Shown here one piece after another: positions 17,719-28,070 of a stretch of 35,117 nucleotides of DNA. The position numbers were made by a program, and so were the translations under genes. This DNA comes from Candidatus Shapirobacteria bacterium (GTDB lineage: Bacteria > Patescibacteriota > Microgenomatia > UBA12405). A model generated the notes under the pieces. The model was not told the origin of the DNA. It saw only the letters and a list, made by a program, of their open reading frames with translations, and ran no database searches. How positions within the stretch are numbered: position 1 is the stretch's first letter; every line of letters starts with the position of its first letter. The stretch is from positions 1 to 35,117 of the forward strand of contig JAPLYY010000024.1 of assembly GCA_026395315.1 (NCBI GenBank), given 5' to 3'.

Positions 17719-20700
17719 ATGAAACCATTATTAAAAAACCTAAAAGCATACCTGTTTGTCCCACGCTGGCACTTGTCACGGTTTCAGTTTAATCTCTTTT
17801 CGATTTTATTTTTGTCTATTGGCCTTATTGGCGGAACGTATTTGACGCTTCTTAAAGTTTTTCCTAACGTTTTTGCCATAAACGACACAACTCAAATCTG
17901 GACGTTTGACGCCGGACATGCAACTGATTACACCACCGCTTCTACCATCATGACGGTTGATGCCAATGGCGCCCATCCGACAGGCGGCGTAGATGGAGCC
18001 AATGAAATCACTAACTCAAGCTTTACGGCAAATAATAACTCCTGGACACTGACGGCCCTGCAAAGCGCTACTAATACTCCGGCTGGCTGGGTAGTTGTTC
18101 CGGGAAACAGTAATTTTGTAGCGACCGGCTCGGCGTTTTTGGCCATGAAATATGAAGCAAAATGCGCCAATTCCGCAACCCCCACAGTTGGACTGACCAG
18201 TCCGGCGGATACAAGCTACGAGGTTTACCGTGATGACGGAACGGCAACGGCGGCCAATAACTGTACAGCGGCCAACGGCAGGGTGGTAACTTCGCTTGCC
18301 TCGGGATATCCAATTACTTATCTTTACCAAACAGAGGCGGCCACTCGCTGCGCAACAGTAACTGTGGGTGGCGCCGCTGCCCACTTAATCACCAATGACG
18401 AATGGATGACAATTGCCAATGACGCGGAACAACAGGCTGGTAACTGGACAGGGGCGGCGGTGGGTTCCGGCTATTTATTTGCCGGCCACAATGATAACAC
18501 TCCGGCTAAGGCCAGGGTTGCCTCAACCACCGATACCGGAAATTACCGCTGCGCCTATACCGATGCCAGTCCGGGCACGGAAGCTCCGAGTGCCTGCCCA
18601 ACCAAGACTGCCCTTGGTGAATCAGGGCTTGTAGGAAACCAGGTTCGTGTTTTGACATTATCAAACGGCCAACCTATTTGGGATATTGTCTGAAACGTCT
18701 GGGAATGGACAAATAATACGGTTCCGGCTAATCTGCAACCAACATCTTGGAACGGAACGACAGATGCGACAACCGGAGATTGGTCCGATTATGCAAGCGG
18801 ATCATTGCCGAGATATCTCCATAGCTACGTAAGCGGTTCACCGGTAACAAAACTAAAATCAGAACCAACAAGTTCTTCTTACACCCACAATGCTACATAC
18901 GGTATCGGAAGAATATGGAATTATTCTCTGTCAAGCAGTTCAACGGCTTACGGCTTTCTCCGCGGTGGCGATTGGAATAATATTGGCAACGCCGGAGCGT
19001 TCACATTGTATCTGAACATTACGCCTGTCTACCGGAACTACAACCTTGGCTTTCGCTGCGCCAGTGATCCCGTAGCCCTCTCCCAATCTCAGTCCTCTAG
19101 CATAGGCCGCGGAGCGGCCGGCGGCGAAGTTTTGGTGGTCCCTGCGGTAGCCGACGCCAAATTTACCCAGAGCATAAATCTGGGTGAAGTTGCCAGTTAT
19201 GATTTTTCCGCTTATGTCTACGACACCACAAGTAGTGGCGGGGCGGTGAGTGAAACGGTGGCCCAGTTGTATTTCAATGGCGCGGTGGTTAACCCAACCA
19301 CTTATACAGCGGTAACAGGAGAAACCGGGTGGTATAAGCTGACCGGAACCGTTACTAGCACCAACAGTGCTGTTGAATACGGATTATTTGTCAAAGCCGG
19401 AAAAACCGTTCGTGTCGATGACTTTACTTTATCCAAATCCGGAACTGCTTACAGTGTTTTCACCAAAAACGGTTATTTCAAAAACGACGTTTCCTCATGG
19501 GATTCGTTTTCAGCCAGTGTTACGAATAACGGCACTAACGGCTCGGTTGTCTACCAACTCTGCACTGATGACTTGGGGGATGCTGCCGCCGTTGGACAAG
19601 GAACTGCCTGCCAAGCCCAAAACAAATGGAAATGGTGGAACGGGAGCGCTTGGGTGTATGCCACCAACAGTACCACAGAGGTAAACACTGCCGCCCAATT
19701 AACACAAGCAGTGATGCAACACGCCTCGTTGGGAACATCTTCTAAAAAAATCAGTGTTAAGGCAATTTTGAGCTTCGGCGGAGTAGATTACCCCAAAATC
19801 GCGACCATTACCCTGGGACTGACCACAGACACGACGCCCCCAACCAATGCCACAGGACTGTACATGAATAACGAAAACGGCGTTACTTGTACCGATACTG
19901 ATAACTGCTGGACAAAATTGACCGGACCAACATTCTCCTGGACTGCCGGAAGCGACACTCAGTCACCCACTGTCCGATACTGTGTCTATTTGGGTACAGA
20001 CGCGGCTGGGGAGCCGGCAACGGACAAAGGAAAGCTGGGAACTTCTCCGGTAACCGTTCCTGTCGGCTGGACCTGCCAATTTTTGATTTCTGCCACCTCT
20101 TTGGATCTCTCAACTGCCGGATATTTGGCAACTGCACTGTCAAATGCTGACGTATTTACCACTACTGCAAATACTTACTATTTGAAAATAAAGGCTGTTG
20201 ATAACGGCGGAAATACGTCAACAACCAGTCTTTCTATGAAATTTAGGTATGACGGAACCGCACCAACTAATGTAACCTCGATTAATCCGGCGTCGGGAAA
20301 TTTTTCTAATGTCAGCGATATGAATTTTTCCTGGCCGGTTTCTCCCGCGATAGCAGCTTCCATTGATAACGAAAGCCAGGTATTAGGCTGGCAGTATCAG
20401 ATAAACCCAAGTGTGGATACCAACGGCGTTACAACGAGCGCCTGGAAAGGGACAACCCACTCAACAAACTTTAATCTTGACTATATTCCGGCAACAGCTT
20501 CTGCATATACATTTGTAACTTCCCGCGATAGCGATGGAAGCTCGGTGGGAGTGGGAAAGGTTAGTTCGGGCACTAACCAGATTTATTTCAGAACGGTTGA
20601 TAATGTGGGTAATTTTTCCTCAAACGCCACCATCAGAACCGGCTCTATTTCTTTCGGTGGAATTGCGCCGTCATTTATTCAAACAGACTCAGTGACTATT

Positions 20701-22560
20701 ACTCCCGATTCGGCAACAACAAACTCTTACGCCCTTTCCTGGCCCGCGGCAACAGCGACCACAAATAAAACGGTGACTCACTACTATTACATGATTAATG
20801 CGTCCCCGCCGACAACCTTAGCTACTTTGCAAGGAAACGCCTCGACTTATATCGATAACGGCACAGCCACAACCGTGGCCGTTCGCGCCCTGCCAAATGT
20901 TAATAAAGGCACAAACACGGTGCGGGTGGTGGCAATAGATAGCGCCACCGTTCCCAATTATTCATCCAGTAATGTTATCAGCGGAACTTTTGTACTGGAT
21001 TCGGATATCCCGGACAATGTCGGTAACCTGGTTGCCTCAGATTCCTCAATTAAATCTCAATCACAATGGAATGTTACCTTAACCTGGACGGCACCGGTCT
21101 ATCAGGGAGCGGGAAATCTTACCTATATTGTCAAACGCTCAACCGATAATGTTACCTTTACCCAAGTTGGAACCAGTACCGGCCTTTCCTATGTAGATAA
21201 CGCCCCTGCCTCTGCCTTGTACTACTACGAGGTTATAACCAAAGACAACACCGCTGACGGCTATTCAAGTGGCACCAACGCGGTTTCCATTACCCCAACG
21301 GGTAAATGGACAACCGCCCCAACCCTTGACTCAGGCCCCGATGAAGGATCAATCACCACTATAAAAGCCACAATTTCGTGGTAGACTTCAAGTACCAGCG
21401 ATTCCAAAGTACAATATGGAACAACGAGTGGCAGTTACAGCGCCGACGAAGTATCCAATTCATCTCAGGTAAGTAGCCACACAGTGAATCTAACCAACCT
21501 TAAAGCCGGAACGACATACTATTACAAGGTGAAATGGACGGATGAAGACGGCAACACCGGAACCTCTGACGAGAACAGTTTTACCACCGCTTCGGCACCC
21601 ACCATTAAGGATGTGACTGCCGGAAGTATCGGTTTATCCTCGACAATTATTCAATATACCGCTAAAGACGCCTCAAAGGTGAAAATTTACTACGGTAAAA
21701 CCACATCTTTTGGCGGCCTTAAAGAAGTTTCTACCTCTACATCGGAAACAACCTATACCACTCAGCTATCTGACTTAGATGACGGCACTAAATATTACTA
21801 CAAAATTAACTCTTTTGATTCAGAAGGAGCCGAATACGAGGGAACAATTCTTGATTTTACGACTCTCCCGAGGCCAAAAATCTCCGGCGTACGCCTAGAA
21901 ACGGTGGCTAATACCGCCCAGACAACTATCCGTGTGACATGGACAACTAATACGGAAGTTTCCTCAATCGTGACTTATTACCCGGAGGGTAATTCTGCCG
22001 CTGTCCGCGATGAAGTCAAGGTGACCTTGGAAAAGGGCGCGCATTCACTCATGATCCGGGGTTTATCTACCCAAACCAGATATTTGTTGGTTGTCCGAGG
22101 TCGAGACAAGCTAGGCAACGAAGCTATTTCTGATACCCAACGCTTTACAACTGCCACAGATACCCGTCCGCCGACGATCTTAAACCTTAAAGTTATTGGC
22201 GGCACAATTTCGCCAGTTGGATTTGCCGCAGGCGACGTTAAAGCTCAGCTGATTATTACCTGGGATACAGATGAACCGGCTACCGGACAGGTTGAATTCG
22301 GACAAGGTTCTGGCACCACTTATTCCCAAAAATCGCAGTTTGACGGCAACATGGCCAGTAACCACACCGTTATTTTATCCGGCCTAATACCAAGCCAGGT
22401 ATACCATCTACATGCGCTGTCTCAGGACGCTTCGGGCAATCCCGCAGTCAGCATTGATTTGGTCACTATCGCGCCCAAAGCAACCCGCTCGGCACTTGAT
22501 TTGGTAGTCAAAAATTTATCGGAGGCATTTGGGTTTATCGGTTCCATTCAACTGAAATAA
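17719..22560 (+). pseudogene. Large membrane-anchored surface protein (FGE/CLec domain with internal VR, then beta-sandwich/fibronectin type III repeats) interrupted by two in-frame stops
   Basis: ORFs 17719-18693, 18805-21384 and 21484-22560 share one frame and the gaps are open. TGA 18691-18693 falls in WDIV*NVWEW and TAG 21382-21384 in ATISW*TS.TSDSKVQYG. Also N-terminal TM, MKYEA, LITNDEW, RGG.W..GFRCA and L.AGTTYYY motifs. Confidence 0.85.
18953..19069 (+). repeat. VR-like segment homologous to TR2 but non-cognate
   Basis: 117-bp ungapped alignment to 16061-16177; about 30 mismatches, only about 8 at TR adenines. Confidence 0.75.
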
Positions 22561-22562
22561 CT

Positions 22563-23324
22563 ATGATGGAAACAACTAAAACCACGATCATCGAAGTAAA
22601 AAACCTTAATAAAACCTTTGAGGTTAAGTCAACACAAATACCGGTGTTGAAAGATATTAACGTGGAGATTAAAAAGGGCGAGTTTATCATTATTACCGGC
22701 CCGTCCGGCTGTGGCAAATCCACCCTCTTACATATCCTGTTGGGACTTGAACCGCCAAGTTCGGGCTCTGTTGTCTTTTTGGGTAATAATCTTTACGGTG
22801 GCATGACCGAGGATGAACGCACAGAAGTGCGAAAAACCGAAGTCGGCATGGTGTATCAACAACCCAACTGGATTAAGGCTTTAACCGTTTTGGAAAACGT
22901 GATGTTTGCCCTCCGGATTAACGGAGAAACGGATGAAGATGCCCGCAAAAAAGCGATTGAGGTTCTGACTATGGTGGGTATGGATAAATGGCAAGATTAC
23001 ATTCCAACCGAGCTATCAAGCGGGCAACAGCAGAAAGTGGCTTTAGGACGGGCTGTTGTCACCAACCCCCAGATTATTATTGCCGATGAACCGACGGGGA
23101 ACCTCGACTTTAAATCCGGTCAGGAACTGATGGAACTTTTAAAAAAACTGAATAATGAAAACCGAACGATTATCATGGTGACACACGACCTGGAATATCT
23201 GACCTTTGCCACCCGGTCGTTTATTATGTTTGACGGCAAAATTGTCGGATCGGCACATGAGCATGAACTGGCGGGAAAGTTGGGCGGTTTCAAAAAATTA
23301 ATGGCTTCAGTCACCAAACAATGA
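22563..23324 (+). CDS. ABC transporter ATP-binding protein (LolD/MacB type)
   Basis: GPSGCGKST, LSSGQQQK, IIADEPTGNLD, MVTHD. Confidence 0.93.
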   Translation: MMETTKTTIIEVKNLNKTFEVKSTQIPVLKDINVEIKKGEFIIITGPSGCGKSTLLHILLGLEPPSSGSVVFLGNNLYGGMTEDERTEVRKTEVGMVYQQPNWIKALTVLENVMFALRINGETDEDARKKAIEVLTMVGMDKWQDYIPTELSSGQQQKVALGRAVVTNPQIIIADEPTGNLDFKSGQELMELLKKLNNENRTIIMVTHDLEYLTFATRSFIMFDGKIVGSAHEHELAGKLGGFKKLMASVTKQ

Positions 23325-23325
23325 T

Positions 23326-25299
23326 ATGAAAATACTAGTGGTACCAAAAATTAAACAAACATTCAAACAGTCTCTCCGTTCCATTGGCGAGATTGCAAGC
23401 TTCTTGATTCTGGTAGTTCTCTATTCATTTTCCTTATTTGTTATAAAAATAAGTCAGAAATGGAAAAAATTGGGTACGGTGACAACACGGTTTGACCGCT
23501 GGGTTAAAGGACTGGACAAAAAAGACCAGAGCGGCGTCAGCCGTTTGTATCTTATTGAAATTGCCTTCAAAAACATGGCTGCTAAAAAGACCCGAACGAT
23601 TATTACGATCGGCGGCATGGCCATCGGCATTTCCTTTATTGTATTTCTGGTCTCTGTGGGCTACGGCTTACAGCAATTGGTCGTTTCCCGGGTGGCGCGT
23701 TTGGACGAGTTGAAACAAGCAGAGGTTGTCCCGGGACTCTCCAAAGATTTGAGCCTAACCGACGCTACAATCGCAAAATTTAAAGAGATAAATAATGTCA
23801 CTAATGTTTTGCCCCTTATAGCCGTGGTCGGACGCATCTCCTATCAAAACTCGGTGTCGGATTTAGCTGTTTACGGAGCTACCTCCGATTACCTGAAATT
23901 CTCCGCCCTACAACCAGTAAAAGGAACGTTGTTTGAGAGTAACACCATTAGTTTTGACACTTCATCTCTTGGGGCGGTAGCAGGGGCAGAGACGCGTGTC
24001 GGAGAAAAGGGTGAGGAAATCGGCGCTATCTCCTACGCCATAGATACTGATACTTGGCTTAAAGTCCGTGAAGGGCCAAGTACCACAGCCAAAATTATTG
24101 GCTACACCAAACGCACCGAAGGCCACACAAACGGCACGGAAGTTTGGGGCGATACTTATATCACCGATACCAATGCCGGGAAATCCGGAACGAACGGAAA
24201 AGGAGATCCAATGGGCAAGTGGGTAAAAGCAACTTATTTACTTTGGGAAAAGAAGACGTGCACAACAGAAGGAAGCGGCGACTGCGAAAACGGATCGTAT
24301 ATGGTTTTACGGGATAAAGACAATCTTCAATTGCAGCAGGAAGGCTATATGGCAGAAATTTCAATGACTACTACACTTCAGGACCAGGTTACCCAGGTTT
24401 TAGGGGTAACAACAGCAAACACCTCGGGTTCCTTGCCGGTTGTGGAGGTGGCTAGTGAGTCTGCGTCGGCGCAAAATCAGGCAATACAAAAAGTGGAAGT
24501 TAAAAGTACGGAAAAGAAACAAATTGTGGTTAACCGTTCCGTCCTGCAACTTTTAAATATTCCCGAATCAGAGGCGGTCGGGAAAGAACTGAATCTTTCC
24601 ATGGTAGTAGTAGGGGAACTTCTGGATGATTCAAACATGCGTATTGAATCGACACCTTTGGCATATTCCATTGTCGGCGTAATCCCCGATGAAGGCACGC
24701 CGGTTGTCTATGTGCCATTTATTGATGTCCGGTCTTTGGGGGTTAATAAATTTTCTCAGGCCAAAGTTATTGTCAAAGATAAACAGGATTTGGCCAGCGC
24801 TCGCGCCTCAATTGAATCGGCAGGATATGGCACAGTATCGGTTGCCGATACCGTTGCTCAGATTGATACACTATTTGCCAATTTCCGTTTGATTTTATCA
24901 ATTCTCGGGATGGTGGCGTTATCGGTTGCGGCTTTGGGTATGTTTAACACACTTACGGTGTCACTTCTTGAACGTACACGGGAAGTAGGGCTGATGAAAG
25001 CCATGGGTATGAAATCGGATGAAGTTAAATCTCTGTTTTTGACTGAATCAATGATAATGGGACTTTATGGCGGAATTTTAGGACTTATTTTGGGAGTTAT
25101 TGTTGGGAAAATATTAAGTATTGTTTTGTCCGCTCTCTCTTTGATAAAAGGTGTGGGATTTGTTGATATTTCCTACGTGCCACCTGTCTTTGTTCTGGTG
25201 GTTCTTGCGCTTTCCGTACTGGTCGGAATTGCCACCGGCTACTTCCCAGCCAAGCGGGCAACCAGAATTTCCGCCCTCAATGCATTGCGCTACGAATAG
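23326..25299 (+). CDS. ABC transporter permease (MacB/FtsX type) with inserted SH3b-like segment
   Basis: RTIITIGGMAIGI, MFNTLTVSLLERTREVGLMKAMG, PAKRATRISALNALRYE; extracellular insert WLKVREGPSTTAKIIGY. Confidence 0.9.
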   Translation: MKILVVPKIKQTFKQSLRSIGEIASFLILVVLYSFSLFVIKISQKWKKLGTVTTRFDRWVKGLDKKDQSGVSRLYLIEIAFKNMAAKKTRTIITIGGMAIGISFIVFLVSVGYGLQQLVVSRVARLDELKQAEVVPGLSKDLSLTDATIAKFKEINNVTNVLPLIAVVGRISYQNSVSDLAVYGATSDYLKFSALQPVKGTLFESNTISFDTSSLGAVAGAETRVGEKGEEIGAISYAIDTDTWLKVREGPSTTAKIIGYTKRTEGHTNGTEVWGDTYITDTNAGKSGTNGKGDPMGKWVKATYLLWEKKTCTTEGSGDCENGSYMVLRDKDNLQLQQEGYMAEISMTTTLQDQVTQVLGVTTANTSGSLPVVEVASESASAQNQAIQKVEVKSTEKKQIVVNRSVLQLLNIPESEAVGKELNLSMVVVGELLDDSNMRIESTPLAYSIVGVIPDEGTPVVYVPFIDVRSLGVNKFSQAKVIVKDKQDLASARASIESAGYGTVSVADTVAQIDTLFANFRLILSILGMVALSVAALGMFNTLTVSLLERTREVGLMKAMGMKSDEVKSLFLTESMIMGLYGGILGLILGVIVGKILSIVLSALSLIKGVGFVDISYVPPVFVLVVLALSVLVGIATGYFPAKRATRISALNALRYE

Positions 25300-25323
25300 G
25301 TAAACCTCTATAATACAGTTTGT

Positions 25324-25524
25324 ATGCCTGAGAAAATTGGTAAAAAATTAAAAGAAGCTCGATTAAAACTTGGGTTGAAACAAATTGATGTTGCTAAAAA
25401 AGCAGATGTTAGTATAAATTATTATGCCCGCATTGAGCGCGATGAAGAAAATCCGACACTGGAAACTATCAAAAGAATACTCAAAGTCTTGAAAGTAAAA
25501 TCTTCTAACATTCTGCCGTTTTAA
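25324..25524 (+). CDS. XRE-family HTH transcriptional regulator
   Basis: IGKKLKEARLKLGLKQIDVA...YYARIERDEENPTLET. Confidence 0.9.
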   Translation: MPEKIGKKLKEARLKLGLKQIDVAKKADVSINYYARIERDEENPTLETIKRILKVLKVKSSNILPF

Positions 25525-25730
25525 TCTTTTTTTAATTTTACCGGATCAATTTTTCCACTTTGTTCATCCTCAACAATTTTGTGAGAGAGTATATGAGCCG
25601 CGTCGGCGTTTTCTTCGAGAAATTTGATTGCATCTTCACGGGTAGCGTTTTTGTCTTTGTTTGTCCGTAGGTACCAGAGGATTCCTTCGATATCCTTTTC
25701 AGTTATTTGGTAACCAACGTTCTTTGTCAT
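25521..25730 (-). CDS. Small hypothetical protein
   Basis: ORF with plausible composition. ATG at 25730 lies 8 nt after TGCTATACT (extended -10); track start is 25754. Confidence 0.65.
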   Translation of the reverse strand: MTKNVGYQITEKDIEGILWYLRTNKDKNATREDAIKFLEENADAAHILSHKIVEDEQSGKIDPVKLKKD

Positions 25731-25750
25731 ATGGTCGAAGTATAGCACTT

Positions 25751-26197
25751 TCATATGTACCTCCCGAAATTTAAAAAATTAAACATATCTACGGCGAAGC
25801 CGCCGCCTTCAAGGCGGCGCATAATCTCACGGCTATGTATTTGCGATAAGATATTCAAACTGCCCTCCCAGAGGATCGTACGGTCAATGATAGCCAGTTT
25901 CCGATGATGATTACCTGTGCAGAGTAAAACCTGTATCCCCATGTCCTCCAGAGCCTCTATTGCGCTTTCAGACTGATCATCGTAACTATCTATGTGTTCT
26001 TTAGGGTCACGGGTAACAATAAAGATTTTAACGCCTTTTACATACAGTCTTCTTAAAATCGACCAGAGTGTTTTCATCCGTTCCGAGGTTATGAAAGGGC
26101 TTTCGATAATTACTTCCTTTTGGCACTGTTCCAAATCCCTCAAGAAAGCCTTATAAAATGTCTTCTCATCATGAAGAGAGGAGGTAAGGTTATTCAT
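25751..26197 (-). CDS. Phospholipase D-like (HxK) nuclease domain protein
   Basis: IIESPFIT, IVTR, HRKLAIID..ILWEGSLN; GGAGG RBS. Confidence 0.85.
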   Translation of the reverse strand: MNNLTSSLHDEKTFYKAFLRDLEQCQKEVIIESPFITSERMKTLWSILRRLYVKGVKIFIVTRDPKEHIDSYDDQSESAIEALEDMGIQVLLCTGNHHRKLAIIDRTILWEGSLNILSQIHSREIMRRLEGGGFAVDMFNFLNFGRYI

Positions 26198-26329
26198 GGT
26201 TTACCTCCATATTATCAATAAATACGATTTTTCCGTCTACCTCTGTGATTCCTAATTCCCCGAGCTTATAATATGTCTTGATTACACTCTCGAAAAGAGG
26301 TTCCACCGGTGGTACAATTGGCTCACCAA
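26190..26329 (-). other. X-type att arm encoding the cryptic C-terminal tail of LSR1 (attached only after excision)
   Basis: Start-less frame EPIVPPVEPLFESVIKTYYKLGELGITEVDGKIVFIDNMEVNHE*, in register with LSR1 at the shared TTGGTGAG. Its stop overlaps the PLD start; homologous frame at 31015-31209. Confidence 0.75.
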
Positions 26330-27820
26330 AAGGGAAATCGAGTCGGAAGTGGGGGCAGCGCTGGCTGCGCCCCCCTTCGCAGACAGCGCTGCAAAGGCAT
26401 AATTCAAATCCGCCGAGAGCCGCCGATTCATTAAAAAGAAGTTCGAGCCGACTTTTTTTACCATGATTGACAAATCATGGCAATTATTTTTTGCGCGCGC
26501 GATTTTTTGCGCCTGTAAGGCGCAATTTACGAATTCTCTCATAGGTTCGAGCCAAACAGTTCCGTTTTTCTTAATTTGGGATTTTCTTTCCTCTAACTTT
26601 AGTTTTTCGTCAAACAATTCATTCTTCTTCTGTTTGTAAATTCCCGGTTCGATAACCTGATCGAGATAACCGTCAAGAAGCCTATTTAGTTTTACTTCGG
26701 ATTCTTGGATTTGTCCGTCAAGCTGTTTTTCTTCTACTTCGGCAACTAATTTATCTTTTTCTTCGGCTTGGGTGATCCACTTATCAAAATACGGTTCCCA
26801 GCCTTCGTGCAAGCCGCAATCATGAACAATTTTTCTTACTTGTTCTTCTGTATCAGATTCAGAAATATATTTTTGATTACATGGTTTTAGTTTTTTAGTG
26901 CAACGATAGTAAATAAAAGTTTGTCCAGTTCCATTTTTATATTTCTTGACGTGTTGTTCTGCGGTGATTGCGGCGCCGCATTCGCCGCAGGTCGCCAGAC
27001 CTGCAAAGGCGAAATTGTGGCCTTTTTGTCTTGGTCTTTCGATTCTCTCAACTTGTTTTTGGACTTCGTCAAACAGCTTTTTGCTGATAAAAGTTTTGTG
27101 AGAACCTTGATAATATTCGTCAGCATATTTGAGAATGCCTAAGTAGAATTTATTTGAAAGCATATTTTTTACTTGGCCAACTTTTACGAGTTTTTCTCCC
27201 TCCCGCTTAATTCCAAACTTAAACATAAATTGAGAAATGGCCGTAAATGAAGAATTGCCTTCAGCAAAAAGCTGAAATGATTTTTTGACGATTCGTGATT
27301 TTTCTTCGTCAACATCTATTCCCCTCGTTTTGGGATTATTGGAATATCCGTAAGGTGCTTTACTTGGCCAAACTCCGTTACGGAGTTTTTGCCTATTACC
27401 TCGTTTGACATTTTCGCTTAGATTATCAACATAATACTTGCTTTGGCCAAAGGCGATTGAAAGCATAAATTTGCCTTGCGGGGTGCTTTCAAACCAAAAT
27501 GAGGGGAATTTTAAATCAAGGAGTTTGCCGGTATCCAAAAGATAAATTATTTTTCCTCCGTCAATACTGTTTCTAGCCAAACGATCGGGATGCCATGAAA
27601 GAATGGCGTTAGCCATTCCTTTCTCGATTTTCCTTAAGACTTCCGCAAATTGCTCTCGCCCAGGAACCTTAGCGGTTTTCGCTTCGGTGATAAATTCGGT
27701 GATAGTTAGATTTTCTCGTTTGGCAAACTCCTTGAGTTCGGCAATTTGGGCTTCAATAGACAAAACTTGTTTATCCTTTTCATCTGTGGATTTTCGACAA
27801 TAGGCAATATATTTGATCAT
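26282..27820 (-). CDS. Large serine recombinase (LSR2)
   Basis: YCRKSTDE, DRLARN, APYGY, CGECG...YYRCTKK..C zinc ribbon, coiled coil; 512 aa. Confidence 0.93.
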   Translation of the reverse strand: MIKYIAYCRKSTDEKDKQVLSIEAQIAELKEFAKRENLTITEFITEAKTAKVPGREQFAEVLRKIEKGMANAILSWHPDRLARNSIDGGKIIYLLDTGKLLDLKFPSFWFESTPQGKFMLSIAFGQSKYYVDNLSENVKRGNRQKLRNGVWPSKAPYGYSNNPKTRGIDVDEEKSRIVKKSFQLFAEGNSSFTAISQFMFKFGIKREGEKLVKVGQVKNMLSNKFYLGILKYADEYYQGSHKTFISKKLFDEVQKQVERIERPRQKGHNFAFAGLATCGECGAAITAEQHVKKYKNGTGQTFIYYRCTKKLKPCNQKYISESDTEEQVRKIVHDCGLHEGWEPYFDKWITQAEEKDKLVAEVEEKQLDGQIQESEVKLNRLLDGYLDQVIEPGIYKQKKNELFDEKLKLEERKSQIKKNGTVWLEPMREFVNCALQAQKIARAKNNCHDLSIMVKKVGSNFFLMNRRLSADLNYAFAALSAKGGAASAAPTSDSISLLVSQLYHRWNLFSRV

Positions 27821-27867
27821 AGTTTTGTTTCTCTTAAAATTTTTTCGTTTTTCTTCATTCTTTTTTA

Positions 27868-28070
27868 CGGCGGCTCTCGGCGGATTTGAATTATGCCTTT
27901 GCAGCGCTGTCTGCGAAGGGGGGCGCAGCCAGCGCTGCCCCCACTTCCGACTCGATTTCCCTTTTGGTGAACGTTTTTGAAAAAATTCGAACTCATTTCA
28001 AGTCAAACTGTTAGCTTGCCGCTTTGCGGCTCGCTACTCCAGCGCGGCGCCCCCACCCGCCGCGCTTCCG
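27868..28070. repeat. Inverted internal copy of the element's circle junction (arm A + GTGA + arm B)
   Basis: 27868-27970 is the perfect 103-bp reverse complement of 26323-26425. 27967-28070 is the 104-bp reverse complement of 30546-30649 with one mismatch. Confidence 0.92.

Larger units (their letters stand above)
321..26329. mobile_element. Integrative (conjugative/mobilizable) element with large serine recombinase, probably conjugation-defective
   Basis: 8-bp direct repeat CTCACCAA at 321-328 and 26322-26329. LSR at one end; VirD4-like, relaxase, VirB4 fragment and M23 peptidase inside. Joining the two ends restores an open LSR1 C-terminal extension coupled to the PLD gene. Confidence 0.8.

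Noticed and set aside
18691..18693. TGA = Gly recoding (genetic code 25), suggested by TGA at a conserved Gly
   Set aside because: Other long genes are open in code 11 without internal TGA, several end plausibly at TGA (transposase 12021, ABC ATPase 23324), and the second interruption is TAG.
553..24892. Numerous short ORFs antisense or out of frame within long genes
   Set aside because: Shadow ORFs with no motifs, fully overlapping well-supported CDSs.
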